Source: Burkholderiales bacterium (GTDB lineage: Bacteria; Pseudomonadota; Gammaproteobacteria; Burkholderiales; SHXO01). Taken from it: 64,000 nt of DNA. The position numbers and the translations under genes were made by a program. How positions within the stretch are numbered: position 1 is the first letter of the stretch; every line of letters starts with the position of its first letter. The notes beneath the pieces were generated by a model. It had not been told where the DNA came from. It saw only the letters and a program-made list of their open reading frames with translations, and ran no database searches. This document shows, piece after piece, positions 48,143 to 57,154 of the stretch. The stretch is from the NCBI GenBank assembly GCA_036787045.1, contig DAIQQA010000007.1:1870-65869 (forward strand), written 5' to 3'.

Positions 48143-48373
48143 CGTCAACCGCGGAGGACGCAGAGGACGCGGAGCAAAGACGATTACCGTCGTGGGCTTG
48201 GCACTCGCAGGAGGACGTCCGCGCGAACCGGTCGCCTCTCCCCCTGGCGGGAGAAGCTAGTACAGCGACACATTGGTTTCGAAACATCGGACGGTAAAGC
48301 CGGCGAGCGCCGGAAGCGCTTTTGGCCCCTCGTTCCGGTTTTCTTCGTGCCTTCGTGTCTTCGTGGTGAGAGG
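48143..48373. repeat. Chimeric foldback-like element K
   Basis: Left arm 48143-48182: CGTCAACC-GCGGAGGAC-GCAGAGGAC-GCGGAGCAAAGACG. Right arm 48338-48373 is CACGAAG type: GTTTTCTTCGTGCCTTCGTGTCTTCGTGGTGAGAGG. The core contains a REP-like hairpin, TCTCCC-CCTGGC-GGGAGA. Confidence 0.8.
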
Positions 48374-48439
48374 TGGAAGTTTGGTGTGTTGCAGTACCAG
48401 AGGTGAGGGGGCTGGCTTGGCTGAAGGCTCAGGCGGCCG

Positions 48440-49093
48440 ATGACTACCGCGTCGCACGGTGTCGACATCGCCTCGCAATGGACCGACGAGCTGGACCTGG
48501 AGGCGCTGCGCTTCGTGGTTTCGCCGAAGATCCCCAAGCGCGTCGCAATGGACCTCGGATGCGGCCTCGGCACGCAAGGCATCCGCTTCGCGGTGCTCGG
48601 CTGTCGCTCCTTCCTCTACGACATCGTCGACATCGGTGAGCGGATCGAGCGGATCAGACAGGCATTGGACATCACGGCGCTCGAGTTCAGGAAGCTCGAC
48701 CTGCGGCAGGCCACACCCGAGGACTTTCCCGCCGACGCTGGTGTGGCCTACTCGCAGAGGTTCATTCACTATCTTAGGTTCGACGAGGCGTCTCGCCTAC
48801 TGCGATCGCTGGCAGGCCGGCTGTGCGCGAAGGCCCGGCTGTTCCTCTCCGCCTCCGGCCTGGGCAGCGAGCTCGGGAGCGGATATGCCGACGCCACAGT
48901 GCCAATGGAGGATCGGTTTGCGCCGCTTGCGAGCGCGATGCAGGCGAAACACGGAGTCCGCGAGCCGGTGTGCCTGTACACGAAGGAGGAGTTGGAGCGG
49001 CTGGTCGTCGCACACGGCTTCGCAGCGGTCAGGACCTGGACCACGCCGTTCGGCAACGTCAAGGGCGTGTTCGAGCGTCAATCGACAGGATGA
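48440..49093 (+). CDS. Class I SAM-dependent methyltransferase
   Basis: 217 aa. SAM motif I VAMDLGCGLGTQG, followed by an acidic residue after strand 2 (FLYDIVD). Confidence 0.7.
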   Translation: MTTASHGVDIASQWTDELDLEALRFVVSPKIPKRVAMDLGCGLGTQGIRFAVLGCRSFLYDIVDIGERIERIRQALDITALEFRKLDLRQATPEDFPADAGVAYSQRFIHYLRFDEASRLLRSLAGRLCAKARLFLSASGLGSELGSGYADATVPMEDRFAPLASAMQAKHGVREPVCLYTKEELERLVVAHGFAAVRTWTTPFGNVKGVFERQSTG

Positions 49094-49120
49094 TCAGGAT
49101 TCTCCAGGATTGACAGGATT
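49086..49120. repeat. Tandem CAGGAT(T) x4 array, possible lone foldback-type arm
   Basis: CAGGATGAT-CAGGATTCTC-CAGGATTGA-CAGGATTCG with 9-10 nt periodicity, preceded by TCAATCGA. It overlaps the methyltransferase stop codon (49091-49093). No inverted partner found. Confidence 0.5.
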
Positions 49121-49291
49121 CGCTTCTCGGCGGGGACCCGGGAGGGTATGGAAACGAAGCTCCCCCTCCGTCTCGCCTGCAGGACGCGGGCGAGGCGGAA
49201 GAGCTGAGAGCGCAAGCTTCCGGAAAGACTAGGCCTCCATGATGCTGTACTCTTGCCGGCGACCAGACGGCACACCTTCCGCACATCGCTC

Positions 49292-50542
49292 ATGAACCCA
49301 GCCACCTCTGCCGCCGCCGGCGAGCCCCTTCTCGCCGGGCTCACTGTCCTCGATTTCACGCGCGTTCTGGCCGGCCCGCACTGCACGCGCCTGCTCGCAG
49401 ACCTCGGCGCACGTGTGATCAAGGTGGAGCGGCCTGGGGAAGGCGACGAAGTGCGCTACACGGTGCTGCAACTGGAGCCCGGTCGCACCGATCAGAGCAG
49501 CTACTTCGTGCGCCTGAACGTCGGCAAGCAGGGGATCGCGATCGACCTCGCACATCCGCAGGGCCGCGAAGTGGCGCTCGACCTGGTGCGCATGGCGGAT
49601 GTCGTCGTCGAGAACTTCTCGCCCGGCGTGATGGCACGCTATGGCCTGGACGAGACAACGCTGCGGGAAGTGCGTCCCGACCTCGTGTACTGCGCGATCT
49701 CGGGCTTCGGCCAGACCGGCCCGCTCAGCTCGATGCAGGCGTACGCTCACTTGATCAACGCGGTGTCCGGGATCATGGACCTCGAGCGGGGCGGTGGAAC
49801 TCAGCCGCGCGTGTCGTACCTGCAGGCCGCCGATGTGCTCGCCGGCGCGCATGCCTTCGGGTCGATCTGTGCCGCGCTCGTGCGCCGCGCTCGCACCGGC
49901 CGCGGAGCCTTTCTCGACGTCTCGATGCTCGAGTGCCTGGTGTGTGCCGACGACATCACCTACACTGCGGCGCTCAATGGCGCGGCTGTCCAGCGCCAGC
50001 CTCGTGTCGGCATGGTGGTGCATCCGATCGGAGACGGTTATGTCGCTCTGCAGACGGCCGGCGCCCCGCATCTGTGGTCCCGTCTCGTGGCCCTGATCGG
50101 CAGACCCGAGCTGGCATCCGACGCACGCTTCGCGACCCCGATCGCCAGGCGTGCGAACTGGGGAGACCTGCTGGAAATCCTGCGCCAATGGCTCAACGGC
50201 TTCGAGAGCGTCGGCCAGGCCGTCGCTGCAATCTCGGCGGGCCGGGTACCCTGCGTGCCGATGCTGTCGCCCGAGGAACTGATCGATCACCCTCACATGA
50301 CCGCGCGAGCCGCGTTTCCGCAGGTCAGCCACCCGGCGCGCGGCAGCGTGCGCGTGACGGCCACACCGTTTCATGTCGATGGGCAGCCGGTCGGGCCCGC
50401 GGGTCCGGCGCCACATCTGGTGGGAGAGCACACCCGGCAGGTACTCACCGATCTGCTCGGCTACACCGAGGAGCGGGTGATGGAACTGACGCAGGCGGAG
50501 GCCGTAGCTAACGGACAGCAATGCCGCCGGCCTCTGGCGTGA
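49292..50542 (+). CDS. Family III CoA-transferase (CaiB/BaiF)
   Basis: LAGLTVLDFTRVLAGPHCTRLLADLGARVIKVERPGEGD is the family-typical N-terminus. ATG at 49292; the track start is 49253. Confidence 0.85.
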   Translation: MNPATSAAAGEPLLAGLTVLDFTRVLAGPHCTRLLADLGARVIKVERPGEGDEVRYTVLQLEPGRTDQSSYFVRLNVGKQGIAIDLAHPQGREVALDLVRMADVVVENFSPGVMARYGLDETTLREVRPDLVYCAISGFGQTGPLSSMQAYAHLINAVSGIMDLERGGGTQPRVSYLQAADVLAGAHAFGSICAALVRRARTGRGAFLDVSMLECLVCADDITYTAALNGAAVQRQPRVGMVVHPIGDGYVALQTAGAPHLWSRLVALIGRPELASDARFATPIARRANWGDLLEILRQWLNGFESVGQAVAAISAGRVPCVPMLSPEELIDHPHMTARAAFPQVSHPARGSVRVTATPFHVDGQPVGPAGPAPHLVGEHTRQVLTDLLGYTEERVMELTQAEAVANGQQCRRPLA

Positions 50543-50562
50543 ATCAGAGAGGAGACAGCAGA

Positions 50563-50973
50563 ATGACAGAGCGACCGCTTCCGGCCATCACACCGGAAAC
50601 CCGGCACTTCTGGGACGGAACCCGAGCCGGGGAGCTGCGGCTGCAAAGATGCGCGACCTGCAGCCACGTCTACTTCCCGCCGCGGCCATTCTGCCCGCAG
50701 TGCGCATCCCAGAAGGTCGGCGTGTTCCGCGCCAGCGGCCGGGCCACGCTGTACAGCTATGTGATCCATCATCGTGCGGCGCCGGGCTTCGTGCCGCCCT
50801 ACTCGATCGCCGTGGTGCAGCTCGAGGAGGGTCCGCGGATGATGACCAACATCGTGGAGGTCGAGCAGACGCCCGAAGCGCTGCAGCTCGACATGCCGCT
50901 CGAAGTGGTCTTTCAGCGGATGAGCGACGAGATCTCCCTGCCGCTGTTCCGCCCCGCGGGGAGCGCCGCATGA
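50563..50973 (+). CDS. Zn-ribbon/OB-fold protein (DUF35), thiolase partner
   Basis: 136 aa. CxxC...CxxC ribbon (CATCSHVYFPPRPFCPQC) plus an OB fold. The stop overlaps the next start (ATGA). Confidence 0.8.
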   Translation: MTERPLPAITPETRHFWDGTRAGELRLQRCATCSHVYFPPRPFCPQCASQKVGVFRASGRATLYSYVIHHRAAPGFVPPYSIAVVQLEEGPRMMTNIVEVEQTPEALQLDMPLEVVFQRMSDEISLPLFRPAGSAA

Positions 50974-52112
50974 AGCCCGGCAGCATCGCAATCGTCGGCG
51001 CCGCCGAGACGACCGAGCTCGGCGTGATCCCGAGCATGTCGCAGATTCAGCTGCACGCGGATGCGGCGTTGAACGCCTTGCGCGATGCGGGGCTGAAGCC
51101 GTCCGATATCGACGGCGTTGCCTGCGCCGGCGAGGTGCCGACCAACGTCGCCCACTACCTCGGTCTCGTGCCGAAGTGGGTCGACGGCACCGCGGTCGGC
51201 GGCTGCTCATTCATGTTGCACGTGCGGCACGCGACAGCCGCGATCAGCGCCGGCTTGTGCAAGACGGTGCTGATCACACACGGCGAGAGCGGCCGCTCGC
51301 GCATCGGTGCCCTGCCCCGGACCATTCCCCCCGCAACCCTGCAGGGACAGTTCGAAGCGCCCTTCGGCATAATGGGCCCGCCCACGATGTTCACCATTCC
51401 GGTCCTGCGCTACCTGAAGACCTACGGGATCACCCAGGAGCAGCTCGCGATGGTGGCTGTGGTGCAGCGCGAATGGGCGGCGCGCAACCCGCGCGCCATG
51501 ATGAAAGATCCGATCACCGTCGACGACGTGCTCGGGTCCAGGATGATTGCCTACCCGTTCAGGCTTTTCATGTGCTGCCTGGTCACCGACGGCGGCGGCG
51601 CGCTGATCCTGACCTCCGCCGATCGCGCGAAGGACTTCCCGCAGAAGCCGGTGTACATCCTCGGGAGCGGCGAAAGCGTCGAGACCCCGATGATCAGCCA
51701 GATGGCGGACTTCACCTCATCGCGCGCGTTCCGAGTCGCTGGCAAAGAGGCGTTCGACAGCGCCGGCATCCGCCATGCCGACGTCGATCACCTGATGATC
51801 TACGACGCGTTTGCGCACTTGCCGTTGTACGGGCTCGAAGACCTCGGCTTCGTCGGCCGCGGCGAGGCGGCGGCGTTCATCGCCGAGCGCAACACCGCGC
51901 CCGGCGGCAAGCTGCCGCTGAATACCAACGGCGGAGGTTTGAGCTACACCCATACCGGCATGTACGGCATGTTCGCGCTGCAGGAGAGCGTGCGGCAGGT
52001 GCGCGGCACTGCACCCGCGCAGGTAAAGGACGTACACGTCGCGGTCTGCCACGGTGTGGGTGGCATGTTTGCCGCGAGTGGAACTGTCGTGATGGCGGAC
52101 CGGCAGCCTTGA
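50970..52112 (+). CDS. Thiolase-like protein (SCP-x/non-specific lipid-transfer type)
   Basis: 380 aa. Thiolase fold (IAIVGAAET, GCSFMLHV, NTNGGGLSYTHTGMYGM). Canonical pairing with the DUF35 protein. Confidence 0.85.
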   Translation: MKPGSIAIVGAAETTELGVIPSMSQIQLHADAALNALRDAGLKPSDIDGVACAGEVPTNVAHYLGLVPKWVDGTAVGGCSFMLHVRHATAAISAGLCKTVLITHGESGRSRIGALPRTIPPATLQGQFEAPFGIMGPPTMFTIPVLRYLKTYGITQEQLAMVAVVQREWAARNPRAMMKDPITVDDVLGSRMIAYPFRLFMCCLVTDGGGALILTSADRAKDFPQKPVYILGSGESVETPMISQMADFTSSRAFRVAGKEAFDSAGIRHADVDHLMIYDAFAHLPLYGLEDLGFVGRGEAAAFIAERNTAPGGKLPLNTNGGGLSYTHTGMYGMFALQESVRQVRGTAPAQVKDVHVAVCHGVGGMFAASGTVVMADRQP

Positions 52113-52173
52113 ACGGCAGGCTGGCCGAGTGTGCCGTGTAAGCGGCGCGTCGCAGTATCGAAAAGGGGGACGC

Positions 52174-52998
52174 ATGGGACAACTCGACGGCAAGGTGGCA
52201 ATCGTGACCGGCTCCGGCCGCGGCATCGGACAGCAGATCGCGCTGCGGCTGGCGCGCGACGGCGCCAGTGTGGTGGTCAACGACCTGGACGAGGGCCCAG
52301 CAAAGGAGACCGTCGCAATGATCGAGGCGCTCGGCGGACGCGCGGCAGCATGCAACGGCGACGTCACCGCGGCCGACTTCGGGGAGCGCATCGTCAAGAC
52401 CGCCGTCGACAGCTTCGGCGGCTGCCACATCCTGGTGAACAACGCCGGCTACACCTGGGACAACGTGATCCAGAAGATGAGCGACGAGCAGTGGTATGCC
52501 ATCCTCGAGGTGCATCTCACTGCGCCCTTCCGCATCCTGCGCGCCTTCGTCAACCACCTGCGACCGGCGGTCGAAGCCGAGCAGAAGTCAGGCAAGCGCG
52601 TGGTGCGCAAGGTCGTCAACATCTCGTCCGTCTCCGGCGTCAACGGCAATCCCGGCCAGGTGAACTACTCGGCGGCCAAGGCCGGCATCATGGGCTTGAC
52701 CAAGACGCTGGCCAAGGAGTGGGGGCGCTACAACGTAACGGTCAATGCGGTCGCCTTCGGCTTAATCCAGACCCGGCTCACGCAACCGCTGCAGGCGGGC
52801 GAGTCGGGAACCATCGACGTGCAGGGCCGAACTGTGAAAGTCGGCGTGCAGGGCGAACGGCTGGCAGTGCTGAACCAGATGATCCCGCTCGGCCGCGGCG
52901 GCACGCCGGAGGAGGCGGCCGGCGCGGTGTATTTGTTCTGCGGTCCGGATAGCGACTACGTAAGTGGGCAGACGCTGGTGGTGAACGGCGGGATGTGA
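52174..52998 (+). CDS. SDR-family oxidoreductase (FabG-like)
   Basis: LDGKVAIVTGSGRGIG, NNAG, and the catalytic YSAAK motif. Confidence 0.9.
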   Translation: MGQLDGKVAIVTGSGRGIGQQIALRLARDGASVVVNDLDEGPAKETVAMIEALGGRAAACNGDVTAADFGERIVKTAVDSFGGCHILVNNAGYTWDNVIQKMSDEQWYAILEVHLTAPFRILRAFVNHLRPAVEAEQKSGKRVVRKVVNISSVSGVNGNPGQVNYSAAKAGIMGLTKTLAKEWGRYNVTVNAVAFGLIQTRLTQPLQAGESGTIDVQGRTVKVGVQGERLAVLNQMIPLGRGGTPEEAAGAVYLFCGPDSDYVSGQTLVVNGGM

Positions 52999-53104
52999 TG
53001 ATCGGAAACCAGTCGCAGGCGGTATCACCGGCTAGTTCCGCCGGACTGCAATGTCCAACTCGGCTCAAGGGCGCGGGTAGGGCGAGTCGGCCAGGGAACA
53101 GACA

Positions 53105-54079
53105 ATGACACGAGGAGCACATGCCTTGCTGGCCCTCGCTGCGGTCTTGTTGACTACACCGGAGTGGCCGGCCGAGAGCAGTGCGCAGGTAAAGCCTCAA
53201 CGCGTCGGAATCGTATCCAATCTTGAAAGTGATCCGACGTTCGCGGTTTTCGAGCGGGCGCTCGCCGATCACGGCTGGGTCAAGGGCAAGAGCATAACGC
53301 TCGAGTACCGCATCACCGGCGGAGATGCGGCGCAAATTGCCCAAGCCACCGCAGAGATGGTACGGCTCAACGTTGCTGTGATGTACTCCACGGGTGCGCC
53401 AGCGCTTCGCGAGGCCTACTCGGCAACGCGCGCGATTCCAATCGTTGCCCTGGACCTCACGACAGACCCCGTCGCAGCCGGCTATGCCGACAGCTACAAT
53501 CGGCCCGGCCGCAACGTCACGGGCGTTTTTCTGGATGCACCCGAGTTTGCCGCGAAGTGGCTCGAGTTCCTCAAGACCATCGTGCCGGGACTCGCACGCG
53601 TCGCCGTCGTGTGGGATCCCGCCCCGGGCGCGATACATCTGCGAGCAGTCCAGGGTGCCGCCCGGTCCCTCGGAGTAGAAGTGCAGGTCGTGGAAGTACG
53701 TAAACCGGAAGAGATCGACAAGGCTTTCTCTGCGTTCCGCCCACGACCTCAGGCCGTCATCGTGCTGCCTTCGCCAATGATGTACGTGAACAAGAAACGA
53801 ATCGCCGAACTCGCGATGAGGCAGCGACTGCCTACGACTTCTATCTTCAGGGATTTCGCCGAAGCAGGTGGCGCGGTCAGTTATGGCCCCGACCTGGCCG
53901 CCATGGCCGAGCGTTGTGGTGTGCTTGTTGCAAGGATCCTAAGCGGCACCCAGCCGGGCGACCTGCCGATCGAACGGCCCACCAAGTTCGAGTTCATCGT
54001 CAACCTGAAGACCATGAAAGCGCTGGGACTGTCCGTCCCGAATTCGGTGCTGCTGCGCGCGGACGAGGTGATCCGGTGA
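53105..54079 (+). CDS. ABC-transporter substrate-binding protein (ABC_sub_bind/BMP-like family), paralog 1
   Basis: 324 aa with signal peptide. Pattern RVGIVSNL...YRPGRNVTGVF ... PTKFEFIVNLKTMKALGLSVP. Confidence 0.8.
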   Translation: MTRGAHALLALAAVLLTTPEWPAESSAQVKPQRVGIVSNLESDPTFAVFERALADHGWVKGKSITLEYRITGGDAAQIAQATAEMVRLNVAVMYSTGAPALREAYSATRAIPIVALDLTTDPVAAGYADSYNRPGRNVTGVFLDAPEFAAKWLEFLKTIVPGLARVAVVWDPAPGAIHLRAVQGAARSLGVEVQVVEVRKPEEIDKAFSAFRPRPQAVIVLPSPMMYVNKKRIAELAMRQRLPTTSIFRDFAEAGGAVSYGPDLAAMAERCGVLVARILSGTQPGDLPIERPTKFEFIVNLKTMKALGLSVPNSVLLRADEVIR

Positions 54080-54125
54080 CGCCTCCGCTATCACCAAGCT
54101 CATCCGAGGCGGACGGGGAAAGACC

Positions 54126-55100
54126 ATGACGCATAGAGTTCGTGGTCCGCTGGTCCTGACCGCGGCCCTGCTGGGAACGCTCCAGTGGGGACCTGAAGCG
54201 TGGGCGCAAACCAAGCTTCCACGCATTGGAGTCGTGGCCAACCTCAAGAATGATCCGATGTTCGAAGTCTTCGAGCGGGCGCTCGCCAGCCGCGGCTGGA
54301 TCAAGGGCAAGACCGTTGCCCTCGAATACCGCGTCACCGGTGGCGATGCGGCGCAGATTGCCAAGGCCACCGAAGAGCTGGTGCAGCTCGACAGCGATGT
54401 CATCTATTGCTGGAGTGCGCCGGCTCTCCGCGCAGCATACGCGGCAACGCGCGCCGTTCCGATCGTCGCCATGGACCTCACCACGGACCCGGTCGCGGCT
54501 GGCTATGTCGAAAGCTACAGCCGTCCAGGTCGCAACGTCACCGGGGTATTCCTGGATGCACCCGAGTTCGCCGCCAAATGGTTGGAGTGGATGAAGATCA
54601 TCGTCCCGGGACTGTCGCGGATCGCGGTGCTCTGGGATCCCGGCCCGGGGACAGCGCACCTGCGAGCAGTCCAAGGTGCCGCCCGGTCTTTCGGAGTTCA
54701 GGTCCAGGTTCTAGAAGTGCGGACGCCGGAGGACATGAACAGGGCCTTTTCTGAGTTTCGCGGACGCCCGCAGGCCGTCATCCTGTTGCCATCGCCAATC
54801 ATGTACGCGAATAACAAGCGCATCGCGGAGCTTGTGATGAAGCACCGGCTGCCTGCCATTTCGATCTTCCGTGAGTTCGCCGAATCGGGTGGCACGCTGA
54901 GCTACGGCCCCAGCCAGGCCGAAACCATCGAGCGGGGCGCCGCGCTGGTGGCGAGCATTCTGCGCGGCGCCAAGCCCGGCGACCTCCCGATCGACCGACC
55001 CAACAAGTTCGAGTTCATCGTCAACCTCAAGGCGCTCAAGGCGCTGGGGCTGTCGGTCCCGGATTCCGTCTTGCTGCGCGCCGACGAGGTGATCCGGTAA
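54126..55100 (+). CDS. ABC-transporter substrate-binding protein, paralog 2
   Basis: 324 aa. Collinear with the preceding gene, same length and roughly 70 percent identity by eye. No permease or ATPase gene nearby. Confidence 0.8.
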   Translation: MTHRVRGPLVLTAALLGTLQWGPEAWAQTKLPRIGVVANLKNDPMFEVFERALASRGWIKGKTVALEYRVTGGDAAQIAKATEELVQLDSDVIYCWSAPALRAAYAATRAVPIVAMDLTTDPVAAGYVESYSRPGRNVTGVFLDAPEFAAKWLEWMKIIVPGLSRIAVLWDPGPGTAHLRAVQGAARSFGVQVQVLEVRTPEDMNRAFSEFRGRPQAVILLPSPIMYANNKRIAELVMKHRLPAISIFREFAESGGTLSYGPSQAETIERGAALVASILRGAKPGDLPIDRPNKFEFIVNLKALKALGLSVPDSVLLRADEVIR

Positions 55101-55191
55101 GGGGCGCTTGCCAATGTAATCGCACTTGCCACCATCGACAGGCGCCACGGCTTTGTTCCTGAGCGCTACCCCCGCTGCGGTTGCTCCGGAT

Positions 55192-56052
55192 TCAGCAGCG
55201 GACGCGCGCGCTCGGCGCCGGCTCCCCCTCGCGCCACCAGGCGTGCGGCATCGACGCGGTCCCGTGAGCAACGCCGATATCACCTGCGCGCGACAACAGG
55301 ATGAAGCCGGCCTCCGCGCCGACGCCGGCCGCCATTTCCCGCAGAAGCGATTCGGATGCGGCCTGGGGATGCTCCCCGCGCGCGACGCGATCGCACAGGT
55401 CCTTGGCTGCCACGACGCGCATCATCAGCTCGCCGTGCCCGGTTGCCGAGCACGCTGCGGCCGTGTGCGCATAGTTTCCGGCACCCAGGATGGGCGAATC
55501 GCCCACGCGGCCCGGAAGCTTGAGTGTCACGCCGCCAGTGGAGGTTGCTGCGGCGAGGTGCCCATGGCGGTCGAGCGCGACTGCCCCGACTGTTCCCGCC
55601 GGCGGTGTGCGCTTGCGCAGCCACGCCTCGCGTGCGCGCTGGGTGAACGGATCGTAGTCGACGAAACCCTCGGCGCGAGCAAACTGCAGCGCACCTTCGC
55701 CTACAAGCATCACGTGCGGCGTGCGCTCCATCACATACCGCGCCGCCAGAACGGGATTGCGCACGCGCCGCAAGCCCGCCACCGCGCCGCAGCGCAGATC
55801 GTGACCGCACATGACGGAAGCGTCCATCTCGACATCCCCGTCTCGGTTGAGCGCTGCCCCCGTGCCGGCGTTGAACAATGGATCGTCCTCGAGTACGACC
55901 ACGGCCGCCACCGCCGCGTCCAGCGCGCTGCCGCCTCTCGCGAGGATATCCGCCGCGGTGCGTACTGCGGCGGTCACGCCCGCGATCGCTGCCGCCTCGT
56001 CCTTCGGCTGCCATTCGCCCGCGCCGCCATGTATCAGGATCGCCCACTGCAT
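55192..56052 (-). CDS. Isoaspartyl peptidase / L-asparaginase (Ntn hydrolase, plant-type)
   Basis: ILIHGGAG, DDPLFNAGTGAALN, autoprocessing site GTVGAVALD, and GAGNYA. Confidence 0.85.
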   Translation of the reverse strand: MQWAILIHGGAGEWQPKDEAAAIAGVTAAVRTAADILARGGSALDAAVAAVVVLEDDPLFNAGTGAALNRDGDVEMDASVMCGHDLRCGAVAGLRRVRNPVLAARYVMERTPHVMLVGEGALQFARAEGFVDYDPFTQRAREAWLRKRTPPAGTVGAVALDRHGHLAAATSTGGVTLKLPGRVGDSPILGAGNYAHTAAACSATGHGELMMRVVAAKDLCDRVARGEHPQAASESLLREMAAGVGAEAGFILLSRAGDIGVAHGTASMPHAWWREGEPAPSARVRC

Positions 56053-56224
56053 AGCGCTATCCTATCCCGGTTCGCCGCACCTGCTGATCGACGACGCTCC
56101 TCGACGCTTGCGGGTGAAGGCTCGTCCGAGCCGACGAACGCAACTTCAGCTCGGCGTGTGCGAGAATCCGCGAGGCGGCATGTTTCGCGCGCTTGAGCCG
56201 GACGGCCTGGCAGGGGAGAACGGG

Positions 56225-57112
56225 ATGGAGCTGAGCTTGAACGCATCGGCAGCTTTCGCGAGCACACTGCCCCGACCGCTTAGCGCCCAGGAGATCGCCG
56301 ACTACCGCGAAGGCGGCGCGGTGGTCATCCGCGCAATCCTGCCGCTCGAATGGGTGGAAAGAATGGGGCGTGCGGTCGACCGGATCCTGGCGAACCCCGG
56401 CAGTGCCTCGGTCGAATACACGCCCAAAGAGAAGCAAGGCCGCTACTACGGCGATTTCTTCGTCTGGCTGCGCGATCCCGACTTCAAGGCGCTGATGATG
56501 GACTCGCCGCTGCCGGAGCTGGCGGCCCAGCTCATGGGCGCCAGACAGGTGTCGTTCTTCTACGATCAGCTCCTGGTCAAGGAGCCCGGCACGCAAGAGC
56601 CGACACCTCTGCATCAGGACCTGCCCTACTGGCCGGTCAAGGGCGAGCACATCATGTCGGTTTGGGTGCCGTTCGATCCGGTGCGCTTCGATTCCGGCGT
56701 GGTCCAGTACGTATACGGCTCGCACAAGTGGGGCAAGCTTTTCGCACCCAAGGCCTTCGGTCAAAACACCGGCTTTGGCGACATGTATGCGAAGTCCGGC
56801 TTCGAGCAGATGCCGCCCGAGGAGCAGTTGCTCCAGGGCCAGAGGATCCTAAAGTGGGAGACGGAGCCGGGCGACGTGATCGTCCACCATCCCCGCACGC
56901 TGCATTTCTCGGAGGGCAATACACGCCGCGATCTGCGCCGGCGCGCCGTGGCGCTGCGCTATCTCGGGGACGACGCCTGGTTCGACGCGCGCCCGGGGAC
57001 CTTCATGGAGAACCCCAAGGTGCGCGCCCTGCTCCGCCCCGAATCGCTCGCCTTCGGGGATGGCGATCGCATGATCAACGATGAGTTCCCGCTTGTGTGG
57101 CCGCGTAGGTGA
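56225..57112 (+). CDS. Phytanoyl-CoA dioxygenase (PhyH) family Fe(II)/2-oxoglutarate oxygenase
   Basis: HQD facial-triad motif (PLHQDLPYWP) and distal His (VIVHHPRTLH). ATG at 56225 follows GGGGAGA; the ATG at 56180 is an alternative. Confidence 0.75.
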   Translation: MELSLNASAAFASTLPRPLSAQEIADYREGGAVVIRAILPLEWVERMGRAVDRILANPGSASVEYTPKEKQGRYYGDFFVWLRDPDFKALMMDSPLPELAAQLMGARQVSFFYDQLLVKEPGTQEPTPLHQDLPYWPVKGEHIMSVWVPFDPVRFDSGVVQYVYGSHKWGKLFAPKAFGQNTGFGDMYAKSGFEQMPPEEQLLQGQRILKWETEPGDVIVHHPRTLHFSEGNTRRDLRRRAVALRYLGDDAWFDARPGTFMENPKVRALLRPESLAFGDGDRMINDEFPLVWPRR

Positions 57113-57154
57113 AAAGGCGCTGACAGCCCACGGCATGCCCTGGCGTGCTGACGC

